Shown: positions 38,379 to 48,123 of the stretch, one piece after another
How the letters are laid out: every line of letters starts with the position of its first letter
How positions within the stretch are numbered: position 1 is the stretch's first letter
Made by a program: the position numbers and the translations under genes
The notes under the pieces: generated by a model
The model's input: the letters and a program-made list of their open reading frames with translations, nothing else
Databases searched by the model: none
What the model was told of the DNA's origin: nothing
Source: a virus
Lineage: Duplodnaviria > Caudoviricetes
Strand: one strand, 5' to 3'
DNA: 64,000 nt
IMG/VR virus record: IMGVR_UViG_3300035492_000236

Positions 38379-40502
38379 ATGGCAATCCGAATGGAGGACA
38401 CACGCTGGATACGCGGGGCTTTTGGTTTAGCGCCAACTGCCCGCGGTCGACGAACGAGCAGTCGTCCCCGCACCAGTGCTGAGTTTAAATTTGCAGACAC
38501 CTCACTGGGCGGCAACCAAGCATTGAACCCACCTCCGCAACACACCCGATTTGCGGACCCGAAGGTGGGTGGGTTGCTGACGCGTGCCGATCTGAGCGAG
38601 GCGTACCAGAGTAAACTCATTAAACGGGAAGATCGGGTGGGTAGCTACAGCATGGGACGGTTCTACTCCGAAGTTATTGACGATAACTCGCAGTACGTTC
38701 ACATGCGCTTTGGTGTACCCAAGTACACCGGGATGATTGCGTTCTTCGCTAACATGTACGATCGAGACGCCGCCCGTCTGGCTAAAACCGGTAAGTACTC
38801 CAGTGCCATGCGGGACCTGGGTCGCGCTGCTGGTCTGGGGGCGATGTTTACCTTAATCCCGCTGGGAGTACTGATCCCACTCATTGTTACCTCACAAGTG
38901 TTGAAAATGGTAACGGGAAAGAAGCCCTCTAAGTACTATTACCTGAAACCGACACCGAACCTGTATTTGCAGGCCGTGCAGGTGATGGCGGATACGCAAC
39001 TACTGCATAGTAAGTTGGTGCCGTACAGCGAGCCTTTTGGCATGGATCGAAAGCAGGACGTGACGGAATCTGGTAATGTCTTGAATAGCCAGATCGAAGA
39101 GCTGTATGAGTCACTGCCCGACATTTGGAAGGCCAACGGTAAGTTTGACGTGTTCCGTGCAGTTAACCGGTTCCAGGTGTTGGCGAATTACCAGGCGGAA
39201 GAGGTTGAGCGCATCTACCGGCAGTCTAAAAGTGAGGATGAGTACCTGTTCAAACTGCAGGCATACGTTGACCAGGTTAAACGTACCAACGTTATGCAGA
39301 GTCAGGTGACTGAACGGGAAATGTCACTGAAAGCGCTGGCCATGTCGTACGCCAATAACCCGATGTATCAGCAGAACGCTGATGAAGAACGGGAAGAGGC
39401 CAAAACGTGGGACGCGGTACAGGCCCATGCCGCTTCACAATCGGGCATCAGCGGCATCAACATCGTCAACGAGCAGGAAGAAGGACAAATCGCAGACACA
39501 GCCACAACGTCTGCGTCGTCGGGGGTGGATCCTAACCAAACCAACAGTTCGTTTTGGTCTGGCCTGTGGGAATGGGCGGTTGATGGTAACGAAGCAGCAG
39601 CATCTACCGTGGCTCGAGCTGGAGACATGTTGGCCTCGGAACTGAAGGAGGGGGGTGACTGGATCACGTTCCGTGTCGACGCCAAAACGACTCTGTCAGA
39701 TTCGTTTTCTAACAGTACTCGCGAACCTGAGATTGCCAGTACGATGAATAGCCTGTCGTCAGCGGCCCGCTCGTTGGAGGTCAATACGTCCGGCGGTAAA
39801 ACTGGCTTCGATATCGTCGATCAGGCAATGTCGGGGGTAAAAGACTTCGTAGGCGGCGCCTTGGAAGCGTTCCACATTACCGGTCTGGCGGCAATCTACG
39901 GCAGCTCCATCATTGACATCCCGGAAGTATGGGACGCCTCCACTGCCCAAGTGGGGACGGAATCGTTTACGATCCAGTTGCGTACCCCCTATGGTAACGA
40001 CTTGGCCATCTTCCAGAACATCACCCTGCCGTTGTGTTTCATCCTGGCGGGCTGTTTGCCGCTTGCTACTGGCAAGCAGACCCACACCAGCCCGTTCTTG
40101 GTGGAGCTGTATTCCCGTGGCCGACAGAACATTCGGTTGGGCATTATCGACTCGGTCAGTATTCAACGCGGTACTGGTAACGTGGGGTGGCGGTCGGATG
40201 GTAAGATGTTGTCATGCGACGTGACTTTCAATGTGAAGGACTTGTCGAAAGTCATGCATATGCCGATCTTGAAAGATCCTGGTATGTTCGACGATGACAA
40301 CATGTATACGGATTACATGGCCACCATCGGCGGAGCGTCGTTGCAGGAAATGACCTCAAGTGTGGAGAAAATGATTTTCAACGCCAATAAGTGGAAACAA
40401 TCGTGGAAGTCCGCATTCATGGAAGGACGGATTACCAACTCGTTTGCTAACACTTTCCCCATCAACGTGCTGAAGGCCTTCTCGGCCAGCTCGTCCCGCT
40501 AA
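38379..40502 (+). CDS. Virion structural protein (phiKZ gp182-like)
   Basis: 707 aa, AAGGAG RBS, follows the tape-measure gene. Confidence 0.8.
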   Translation: MAIRMEDTRWIRGAFGLAPTARGRRTSSRPRTSAEFKFADTSLGGNQALNPPPQHTRFADPKVGGLLTRADLSEAYQSKLIKREDRVGSYSMGRFYSEVIDDNSQYVHMRFGVPKYTGMIAFFANMYDRDAARLAKTGKYSSAMRDLGRAAGLGAMFTLIPLGVLIPLIVTSQVLKMVTGKKPSKYYYLKPTPNLYLQAVQVMADTQLLHSKLVPYSEPFGMDRKQDVTESGNVLNSQIEELYESLPDIWKANGKFDVFRAVNRFQVLANYQAEEVERIYRQSKSEDEYLFKLQAYVDQVKRTNVMQSQVTEREMSLKALAMSYANNPMYQQNADEEREEAKTWDAVQAHAASQSGISGINIVNEQEEGQIADTATTSASSGVDPNQTNSSFWSGLWEWAVDGNEAAASTVARAGDMLASELKEGGDWITFRVDAKTTLSDSFSNSTREPEIASTMNSLSSAARSLEVNTSGGKTGFDIVDQAMSGVKDFVGGALEAFHITGLAAIYGSSIIDIPEVWDASTAQVGTESFTIQLRTPYGNDLAIFQNITLPLCFILAGCLPLATGKQTHTSPFLVELYSRGRQNIRLGIIDSVSIQRGTGNVGWRSDGKMLSCDVTFNVKDLSKVMHMPILKDPGMFDDDNMYTDYMATIGGASLQEMTSSVEKMIFNANKWKQSWKSAFMEGRITNSFANTFPINVLKAFSASSSR

Positions 40503-40505
40503 GGC

Positions 40506-40547
40506 AAAAAAAAAGAACCGAGGAGGGCACTGCCCTCCTCCTTTTTT
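40506..40547. terminator. Bidirectional intrinsic terminator
   Basis: A9...GAGGAGGGCA/TGCCCTCCTC...T6 between convergent genes. Confidence 0.85.
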
Positions 40548-40550
40548 GCG

Positions 40551-41054
40551 TCACATCGCATTCCAGACTTCATCGCAGCAACGCAGTCGACCGCGCAAAA
40601 TCGACAAACTGTAAATGCACAGGTCTGGGCAATACTGCATGGTATCGAATGGTAGTGTTCTCGGCACCCAGTGTTTGATGGTGCGCTGGTGCTGTGGCGT
40701 GATGCCATAAATTACCAATACCGCGTGGCCGTCCTCGGCAACCTCATAGTGATGTTGGTCGCACTTTGGTACTGTGGTGCTAGCAGTAAGGCACTCAGCA
40801 AATGCCACGTTGCGAAGCTGCCATTGCACGTTCGCCCACTCACGCCTAAATCGTGGTGTGAGGTTGGGTCCGTGAAGGCGAATGCGGCGTAAGCAATAAC
40901 CGAGCAGGCGCTGCAGTTTCAGATGTACCGAGCTGTATTCCAGATTGGGCCGTGCGATTAGACGTGTGAGAATGCCGACCGCTTCGTGCAAGTTGACTGA
41001 TGATTCCACGTTGGCGAGTAGGCCGTTCAACAATGCCTGTTCAGGGTAGTTCAT
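40551..41054 (-). CDS. Hypothetical protein
   Basis: ATGA overlap with the upstream ORF; ends at the terminator. Confidence 0.65.
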   Translation of the reverse strand: MNYPEQALLNGLLANVESSVNLHEAVGILTRLIARPNLEYSSVHLKLQRLLGYCLRRIRLHGPNLTPRFRREWANVQWQLRNVAFAECLTASTTVPKCDQHHYEVAEDGHAVLVIYGITPQHQRTIKHWVPRTLPFDTMQYCPDLCIYSLSILRGRLRCCDEVWNAM

Positions 41055-41566
41055 ACAGACACCTCTCGGTGAAGCACCATGCCGGCATCAAACTGCAGGT
41101 TGTACGCTTGCGCGCCACGGATCACTTCCCGAAGTGTGGAGTTGTCGTACGGCCCTTCCCGCTCATGATTTCGTTTAGAGATGGCCGCAACAATGGTGGT
41201 GCTGAGATCAGGCCGACGCGCGCCTACGGTACCTGCAATAAAAAACCCGCCCATGACGTTTTCGATGTCGACAGCGTATTGATTGTTTTGAAACGTGAGT
41301 TTAGATGACTCAGTCACCTCGGGTAATTTATCCACAAGAGACTTAAGCACACGGGCACGGCGACCGTAACCCGCGATGCGCAGTCGCTCCCGCATCAGCT
41401 TCGTCGGATAGACGTCTGGATGCTGTCGCAAGTGCCACTTTGCACGCAAAGATAACTGGGTCGCAGTGCGTCGTTCTGCCGCTGTGGCGTATTGGCCAAG
41501 AGCCAAAAATAAAGCGCAGGTGTCGATAATAAAATGACATGCGTTCTTAGTGTCGGGGCTTAACAT
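41051..41566 (-). CDS. Hypothetical protein
   Basis: Packed ORF. Confidence 0.65.
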   Translation of the reverse strand: MLSPDTKNACHFIIDTCALFLALGQYATAAERRTATQLSLRAKWHLRQHPDVYPTKLMRERLRIAGYGRRARVLKSLVDKLPEVTESSKLTFQNNQYAVDIENVMGGFFIAGTVGARRPDLSTTIVAAISKRNHEREGPYDNSTLREVIRGAQAYNLQFDAGMVLHREVSV

Positions 41567-41625
41567 TGGGAAATAGTCTCATTGATCAAAGATGGAAGCA
41601 TGGAGGGGCATCCCCTCCATGCACT

Positions 41626-42162
41626 TTACAGTACCGCGTAGATACGTTCACACAGCCAATCAAACCGTTTCTTATAGAAGGCAGTACCGTCAGGCAATAC
41701 GTAGTAGTGCACCAGCGGCACTCCGTCCTCCAGCACCAAAGAAAGCCGCTCGGCCATTTCTGGATTACGTTCCAGTTTTTGCAGAAGTGCTGCTTCAAAT
41801 GCACGGTTCGTGTCGTCAGACGGACGGTTGGGCGTACGTAGCCCCAGTTGCAGCAGTTGCTGCTTTACATCGCGTCCCCACGTCTGAGCGACTTTGCCGG
41901 TAAGTTGTTTAAGGCGTTCGATGCGGCGCTGCAACATGTTGTTTGGGACATGTCCGTGTTCCGTCAGCGCCTGTTGAATTTTCAGGTAATGGTAATAGCC
42001 TTCTAAAGACACGAACTGACCTTCCGGCAAGTCCAGCTCAGTTCGGGTGAAGTTAGATAACCAACGACCTAATTCAGTAGATGCTTGGGAATACACGTTC
42101 AGGTGCGTGACGCCATCATCGCCCACGCGGTAATCAGTACCGTCAATAGTTACAACAGCCAT
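41626..42162 (-). CDS. NADAR-like (T4 gp30.3-type) protein
   Basis: NVYSQASTELGRWLSNF...FVSLEGYYHYLK resembles the NADAR LSNF...F.S.E motif. Confidence 0.6.
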   Translation of the reverse strand: MAVVTIDGTDYRVGDDGVTHLNVYSQASTELGRWLSNFTRTELDLPEGQFVSLEGYYHYLKIQQALTEHGHVPNNMLQRRIERLKQLTGKVAQTWGRDVKQQLLQLGLRTPNRPSDDTNRAFEAALLQKLERNPEMAERLSLVLEDGVPLVHYYVLPDGTAFYKKRFDWLCERIYAVL

Positions 42163-42168
42163 GGATTA

Positions 42169-43047
42169 TTAAGAACTCCCTATGGTTACGACCGATTGAA
42201 GTCCGCGATGTCGAATTATTTTACGCACATCATCATCGGACATATCGTCAGTGATCCGAATAACATGCCAGCCCCGCTGACCGTTGAAGTGTTCCCCCAC
42301 TAACCCGCCTGCGGTAGTGGTGGGGTTGGCCTTCATCAGGTACTCCCCTCCTTTCTCAAGGAAGCCCACATCGTACATGCTGGCTGCCAGATACGTCACA
42401 TCCACACACGTGACTTTGTCATGCGGGTCGGTACTCCGTGCCCGGAACAGATGAGACAGGCTCACGAACCCGGTCAGGGCTTGATCGTAGGCACTTTCTG
42501 CAGCCGGCAAGTCAAAGTCCGCCCCGAGATTATCCCGATCCACGAACCGGAGGTGGCCTGCATCCATCTCCTTACTGAGGATTTGTCGCAGCTCGTCGAC
42601 TGTCCGCATCCCTGAGTCCGTGATGCTGATCACGGATCCGTTGGGCTTTTCCACAGTGTTCACCATCTCACGACTGACTTCCCAGCCGCGGACAAAGTCA
42701 AAGGTATCGATTAGCCACGTCTGTAGCAGCAATCGATGGCAGAACGTGCCAGGCGCACAATAACAACCGAGGATAATATCGGTGATGCCGTTCTCACCAA
42801 GCGCCAGGCGCTCAAACCGGTGACGGCAAACATCGGTCATGTGCGACAGCCGATCCCGGTAGAGGTCAGTGTACTCCCGCTCGCTCAGCTTACCTGCCTT
42901 AAAGGATCGAACCATCTCCCAGGTGGGGGCGATGTTCTCCCTGACCATCTCAGTCCCGCTACTGACTGTGGTGTCTATGAACACCACGTTACCGTTTCGC
43001 GGAATACACTTTCCTACGTTCATTTGTGCAGTATGTACTCGGATCAT
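42169..43047 (-). CDS. DUF488-like N-terminal domain plus unknown C-terminal domain
   Basis: IAPTWEMV...SEREYTDLYRDRL...LGCYCAPGTFCHRLLL DUF488-type signature. Confidence 0.62.
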   Translation of the reverse strand: MIRVHTAQMNVGKCIPRNGNVVFIDTTVSSGTEMVRENIAPTWEMVRSFKAGKLSEREYTDLYRDRLSHMTDVCRHRFERLALGENGITDIILGCYCAPGTFCHRLLLQTWLIDTFDFVRGWEVSREMVNTVEKPNGSVISITDSGMRTVDELRQILSKEMDAGHLRFVDRDNLGADFDLPAAESAYDQALTGFVSLSHLFRARSTDPHDKVTCVDVTYLAASMYDVGFLEKGGEYLMKANPTTTAGGLVGEHFNGQRGWHVIRITDDMSDDDVRKIIRHRGLQSVVTIGSS

Positions 43048-43071
43048 GACAGGTTCCTTTTGCCAGTGACA

Positions 43072-43722
43072 TTAGAAGGATTTTGCGCGAATGGCTTGCT
43101 CCTGGTCAATCAGTCCCACGGCCAGTGCCCAATCGGTCAGGGTGTCCGGCGCTCGCCCCGAGATAATGTTCTCAATCGGCGCATCCATCAGATCGACCCC
43201 ATCCTTGGGTTTCAGGATATATCCGTAATGCAGCTCCAGTACCCGAGCAATCAGCGGACGGAGTTTATCCTTGGCGGCCAGAGTCGGCAGTACCTGATGC
43301 TCGTTCTCAGCAACACGCTTCACAATGGCAGGGTCAAACAGACTGCCGATGACGCGATACGCAAAGCTGAGGCGGTCGGTGGTTTCTTTTTGGAGCCCTT
43401 GACTGCCGTACAATACGAAGCTGGAAAACAAACCACGCACTCTGGTCAGGACCTCGTGGTTGGACTGCAGCACCGTCCGATACGTAGTCACTGGGTCCGT
43501 GACATACACCGCGATCGATTCTACGGCTTCCGGCGATGTTGGAATAGTCAGCACCTGCCGTTCGTTGTAAGTGTGAGTAACACGAATTTGGTTACCGTCA
43601 CGAATCAGCTTGACCGGATGATCGTCTGGCAGTTCAACTACCGTGTCGCCTGCCGCCAGTCGACTGATGCGGAGGTGGTCGCCGACAGTAAGGGTTACGT
43701 TATTGATTTCAAGGGTTTGCAT
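43072..43722 (-). CDS. Hypothetical protein
   Basis: AAGGAG RBS; packed operon. Confidence 0.7.
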   Translation of the reverse strand: MQTLEINNVTLTVGDHLRISRLAAGDTVVELPDDHPVKLIRDGNQIRVTHTYNERQVLTIPTSPEAVESIAVYVTDPVTTYRTVLQSNHEVLTRVRGLFSSFVLYGSQGLQKETTDRLSFAYRVIGSLFDPAIVKRVAENEHQVLPTLAAKDKLRPLIARVLELHYGYILKPKDGVDLMDAPIENIISGRAPDTLTDWALAVGLIDQEQAIRAKSF

Positions 43723-43724
43723 GT

Positions 43725-44726
43725 TTACTCCTTAGTGAATTGAGGGAAGAGTCGATTAAATAAAGTGTCAAAGCGCTCCACCTTGACGTTCTGACCAGCA
43801 GTGGCTAACGCCCACCGGTCTGTGTGACATAGCGCCGCGTATGTGTCTTCGCTGGCACCTATGTAGGGTGCCAGTTCAGCAGCGCCGGAAGGGTGCACGT
43901 CCCACTGAGGATTGATGCGACTGCAAAACGCCAGAAGTTCCTGACCGACTTCCTTCAGTGAGCGGGTGTCATTGAGCGGGCGGCGGTAGCTGGTTAACAT
44001 GCCGCGGATGAGTTCTATCTCCACCTGTCGTGTGCGGGAGGTGGGCAGCTTGTCGAGAAACCGGTTCGTTTGGGATAGGTCGCCCATGTTGGCAGCACGT
44101 ACCGCATTTTCCTGCCACAGATCCTCTTTAGCTTTGTCATCCTCAATCGAGTCGATCAGCAGCTCGACCAACTGCGGTGCCTTCCACGCCAGTAGGCTGG
44201 CGGTGAGCCCGCGCACCAGCGCCGACTGTCCGGTCACGTCCACCACCGAAAACAGCATGTCTGAGGTTTTCCCGATGGCAGAGTTTACCAGCTCCACCAT
44301 GGGTCCCACGTTAATCGCATCGATGGCACTGTCCACATACTGAGCAACGCCATTATACATAACCTTTACTTGATTCAGACCGTCAAAGTTCTTAACTGCC
44401 TGCACTAACTCGGTTTTCTCCAAATCGCCCACTAGCCGATCCAGGTTGGGAATGTCAAATGCCTGCTCAAGTTGCGACTGGACGTTAGAAAACTCAGAAG
44501 AGATGTTTTCCAGAAAGCTGTCTGCTCGAGTGGTGAGTGTAGCCAGCACTTTATCTGGGTCCAATACGTCTTGTTTCAGGTAGTTGGCCGCCGCCCTGCG
44601 AAGCGGGTCATCGCCAATTAACTGGTTCTTTTTCTGGAGGACGTCCTCGCGAAACACGTCCACCACCGTCGGCACCTTTTTCGGGTCCGTGTTAAAGATG
44701 AGGGGTCTGACCTCACTCATGATCAT
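43725..44726 (-). CDS. Conserved phiKZ-like protein, probably virion-associated
   Basis: 333-aa ORF with AAAGGA RBS; operon packing. Confidence 0.7.
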   Translation of the reverse strand: MIMSEVRPLIFNTDPKKVPTVVDVFREDVLQKKNQLIGDDPLRRAAANYLKQDVLDPDKVLATLTTRADSFLENISSEFSNVQSQLEQAFDIPNLDRLVGDLEKTELVQAVKNFDGLNQVKVMYNGVAQYVDSAIDAINVGPMVELVNSAIGKTSDMLFSVVDVTGQSALVRGLTASLLAWKAPQLVELLIDSIEDDKAKEDLWQENAVRAANMGDLSQTNRFLDKLPTSRTRQVEIELIRGMLTSYRRPLNDTRSLKEVGQELLAFCSRINPQWDVHPSGAAELAPYIGASEDTYAALCHTDRWALATAGQNVKVERFDTLFNRLFPQFTKE

Positions 44727-45135
44727 CGTCCTTTGTGTTGCTGTGGTCGTGACGGGTATCGATATCCATGAGGTCGGAAATCAACGTCACCTCGACGGGT
44801 TCTATACCGCGCTTGCGTCGAACCTTGATGGTCAGCTCGATCTCAGAAAAACCGGCTGACTTCAACCCCTCGATAAACCGATTCCAGCTCAGGCGGTCAT
44901 ATTTAGTCAGGGCAGCCATCAGGTTAGATCGCCGTTCGCTCCGCCGGTCCGGCGTTTGCTCGGGCACGTTCTGCGGGTTATTCACAAACTTGGTCATGTA
45001 CCTATCCCATTGCGGGTAGGTGATGTTGGCCCGATCGATGATGGTCCAAAACAATTTGCCGAGTAAGTTGCCGTGAGATAATTCAATCTGACGTTGTGGG
45101 TTTTCCGTGGCCTCTCTGGCCCGTTTCTTTGACAT
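44713..45135 (-). CDS. Hypothetical conserved protein
   Basis: Packed ORF with GAGG RBS. Confidence 0.7.
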   Translation of the reverse strand: MSKKRAREATENPQRQIELSHGNLLGKLFWTIIDRANITYPQWDRYMTKFVNNPQNVPEQTPDRRSERRSNLMAALTKYDRLSWNRFIEGLKSAGFSEIELTIKVRRKRGIEPVEVTLISDLMDIDTRHDHSNTKDDDHE

Positions 45136-45180
45136 AGTGACCTCTGATGCTTAACAACATCGCGTCCTAAATGGACGAGC

Positions 45181-45717
45181 TCATAACAATGCCTCGCCAA
45201 AGCGTATCACTTCTTGATACAATCGACGAGACTTCTTTTGGTAATACGTAACCAGCTCTGCGTTTACGGTCGCAGGCATGGCATGTCGGATCTCCTGCAA
45301 TTGAATAGCGATGGTTTCGATGATCTCCTCAATGTTAAGCAGATATCCACGATCAACCATAAACTCGATGAGTGTGGTTGGGGTGGGGGTATCCGCGTAC
45401 CAATCTGGCATTTGAGTGTAGTACTTCTGGCTCGGACTGTCCGCAATCACGCAATTACGGAACGTCGCCAGCGCTTGCACCACCTCGCCAATATCATGTG
45501 CCCGCATGTCAATATTAACCTGACGTTGTTCTGCCAAGGTAGGCAATTCACGGTACTCCAATAGAAACTGGTAAAGTGCATCGGCATACACGATTTCCCC
45601 GACCTGCTTCATTTTATGAAGACGTTTCTCTGCAAGCCACAGTCGTCGCTTACGTGGAGATAAAATATATCCTAAAAACTTTTTCATGGAGGCATTGAAT
45701 CCAATGGCTGAAGACAT
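45181..45717 (-). CDS. Hypothetical protein
   Basis: ORF divergent from 45704..46144; start possibly MKKFLG. Confidence 0.65.
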   Translation of the reverse strand: MSSAIGFNASMKKFLGYILSPRKRRLWLAEKRLHKMKQVGEIVYADALYQFLLEYRELPTLAEQRQVNIDMRAHDIGEVVQALATFRNCVIADSPSQKYYTQMPDWYADTPTPTTLIEFMVDRGYLLNIEEIIETIAIQLQEIRHAMPATVNAELVTYYQKKSRRLYQEVIRFGEALL

Positions 45718-46144
45718 TGTAAAAGATCCCGATGATGATCGCCTGCTACAAAACCAGACGTTGCGTCACGACATCATCAATCACCTGATCTCGGACAAAG
45801 ACGGCAAGCGCAATATCCCAGATGACCTGGATGCCCTGACGTTGGTGAAAAGTCTGCTGAAAGACAGCGACTCGTCCGTGTTCACGAAGAAACGCCTGAC
45901 TGTTGATGAGATCGGTGCTGAGAACGACCGTCGTGCTGCCGAGCTGTTGGATCAGGTGTTGAACCGAGCACCGCGCATCGACCGCAACGCTGAGCGTAGC
46001 GTGCGTGGTCCTGATATCAGTCGTGGCCAGTTGCCTGACTTTAACTTGACCCAAGGCGAGACGAGTCAGGTGGGTGATGTGGTTGACCTCGACCAAATTG
46101 TGGCCGAGGGTCGTGCTAAGCTGAAGGGGATAACGGAAGACTGA
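45704..46144 (+). CDS. Hypothetical conserved protein
   Basis: GGAGG RBS upstream of MAEDIV. Confidence 0.7.
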   Translation: MAEDIVKDPDDDRLLQNQTLRHDIINHLISDKDGKRNIPDDLDALTLVKSLLKDSDSSVFTKKRLTVDEIGAENDRRAAELLDQVLNRAPRIDRNAERSVRGPDISRGQLPDFNLTQGETSQVGDVVDLDQIVAEGRAKLKGITED

Positions 46145-46847
46145 AATAACTCGGCTTCCACCAATGCAGGCTGAAGTATTCCGCCAGTTGTTGCTTCACC
46201 CGAACGAACGGGTCGATCGATTCCCGTTCAATGTGGGCTAGCAGTTCAGGGTCATCATCGATAATAACCCCTTGCGTATACAGCGTCACCCGCGGAATGC
46301 GGTGTGACGCTAACGCTTCTTTTTGTGCGTCCATCCACGGGATAGCATTATACATGATCATGGCGCTATAGCGATCGCCAACCAGTTTGGGCGTTAACTC
46401 AGTCACGGGGTGTGACACCATGGACACTAACGTACCTTCGATAGCCAGTTCGCTAATAGCCGCCACAAACTCGTCCTGAAGCTCCTCAGTGAGTCTGTAC
46501 GGCCAGTAGTTAATGAATAGGTGTAACCGGTCATGTATTGGAGAAACGTCGCCACGGACCTTATGTGGCGCTAGGAGACGCCCTAAGGTTTTTGCAAACA
46601 CGGTAGCGTGTGATGACTTAATCACGCTGAGGTCCCGCTCTGCCCAGGCCGAATCCCATTCATTTTTATTTACGCCAAATAATTCAGGCAAATTGTCTTT
46701 ATAGCGGTTGACATATGCTGCCATATCAACCGTGGGTACGCGCGAGGGAAATCGGGCCCGCAATAAACCAATACGGGTGTCGAGCAGGGAATCAAGGTCA
46801 ATTAACACATCTTGCGATTGCATATCACACTCCAGCAGACAACTCAC
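46116..46847 (-). CDS. Hypothetical conserved protein
   Basis: 243-aa ORF beginning IDLDSLLDTR; part of the block around the vRNAP beta C-terminal gene. Confidence 0.7.
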   Translation of the reverse strand: MSCLLECDMQSQDVLIDLDSLLDTRIGLLRARFPSRVPTVDMAAYVNRYKDNLPELFGVNKNEWDSAWAERDLSVIKSSHATVFAKTLGRLLAPHKVRGDVSPIHDRLHLFINYWPYRLTEELQDEFVAAISELAIEGTLVSMVSHPVTELTPKLVGDRYSAMIMYNAIPWMDAQKEALASHRIPRVTLYTQGVIIDDDPELLAHIERESIDPFVRVKQQLAEYFSLHWWKPSYFSLPLSPSA

Positions 46848-47286
46848 TCAGAACGGAGCGGAAGGCCGCCGTGATTAAATAGATCACCAGCGGTCCACCA
46901 CTTTCAATCAGACTGTGGTCGATGCGGTCCGTTACCTGAGTATCGAACAACTCCATAACACCAAGATCTCCTAAGGTCTCGGAGAATACATTCTGCAGTT
47001 TACTGAAACTCACATCTGGACCCATGGTGTCAAGATCCATCCGCAGGTGTATTGCCGTCCGTGCAATGAAGTTGGTGAGGTATGCCTGGGTGGCTGCTTG
47101 CTGCGCATCGATACCCTGGAGGATATTTTGGTAGCCTTCATGAGTGAAGATCGACAGCGTCACCGAGCCAAAAACCCCTGCGAACTGTTCGATACGTCCC
47201 GAAGTGTCGTCAGCTGTGTTGAGCTCTTGCCGTATTTGATCGCGGACGAGATTGAGCGCGTACTGATAAATGGATGACGTGTTCAT
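46825..47286 (-). CDS. Hypothetical conserved protein
   Basis: Packed ORF directly after the vRNAP beta C-terminal gene. Confidence 0.7.
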   Translation of the reverse strand: MNTSSIYQYALNLVRDQIRQELNTADDTSGRIEQFAGVFGSVTLSIFTHEGYQNILQGIDAQQAATQAYLTNFIARTAIHLRMDLDTMGPDVSFSKLQNVFSETLGDLGVMELFDTQVTDRIDHSLIESGGPLVIYLITAAFRSVLSELSAGV

Positions 47287-47288
47287 CG

Positions 47289-47951
47289 TTAGTATCCCAG
47301 GTTAGTGCCGATGTGCATGCAGCGGAAAATGATGCCAGTGGTGACCACCGACTTGGTGCGGGTTTTATCCGCCCCTTCGAAGGATTGGGAGGCGCTACCA
47401 AACTGACGTAACTGCCGATCAACCGCCTGGCGGGCTTTGTTATCGCCGCCACGGATCTTGATCAGTTCGCGAATGGTTTCTTTATATCCTTTCGTGGCCA
47501 TAACGTAGATCTGCGGAAATGAAAAGGAAGAACCTTTCGACGCACCAGTGGCCTGACCCGTGGTCTTGTCAATCGTCCGGTTGTGGTCGGCGATGGAGAT
47601 CTTTTTATCGATCATCTGAGTTTGTCGGCGAACCGGCAACGGCAGCACGATATGCTTCTTGCGTGTCAGGGAAGTCACCCCTGTACGTGGGTCCGTCAAC
47701 CAACACTTCTGCTCTGGCTCATACCCAAGCTTTCGCATGATCTCTACGTTGCGCATGTGGTCGATCCTCACCTTACCGCCATTGGGCGCATAGATTGGGA
47801 TTGGCCGTGCAATAAATGCTTCCAGGGCCTTATCGTCAAGGCGGGGGAAGATCTTTTCTTGGTACAGTCGTTTGTTTTCCCCTGAGGGGTCGACCTGGTG
47901 TACATAATCGAGGATAAACGCCTCGATTTTCTTACGGGTTTGCGGTTTCAT
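47289..47951 (-). CDS. Virion RNA polymerase beta subunit, C-terminal piece (phiKZ gp149-like)
   Basis: WLTDPRTG...DKKIS...TTGQATG...SFPQ...IRELIKIRGGD aligns by eye with the bacterial beta C-terminus (YDGRTG...DDKMH...VTQQP...QEMLTVKSDD). Start moved to ATG 47951. Confidence 0.85.
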   Translation of the reverse strand: MKPQTRKKIEAFILDYVHQVDPSGENKRLYQEKIFPRLDDKALEAFIARPIPIYAPNGGKVRIDHMRNVEIMRKLGYEPEQKCWLTDPRTGVTSLTRKKHIVLPLPVRRQTQMIDKKISIADHNRTIDKTTGQATGASKGSSFSFPQIYVMATKGYKETIRELIKIRGGDNKARQAVDRQLRQFGSASQSFEGADKTRTKSVVTTGIIFRCMHIGTNLGY

Positions 47952-48123
47952 ACTGGGTTCCTTGCGTGCGTGGCTCGCTGAGGATGGCGGTGAGTTCCTC
48001 ACTAACGGCCCGAACAATGGCCGCTCGTAACCGATCGACCTGGATGCGATCGTGGACTTCGGTATAAATAGTGGTAACGACGCCCTTGTCAGTGATGTCG
48101 GTTTTCACACTAACGTTACTCAT
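47932..48123 (-). CDS. Hypothetical protein
   Basis: Small ORF overlapping both neighbours' ends. Confidence 0.5.
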   Translation of the reverse strand: MSNVSVKTDITDKGVVTTIYTEVHDRIQVDRLRAAIVRAVSEELTAILSEPRTQGTQYETANP

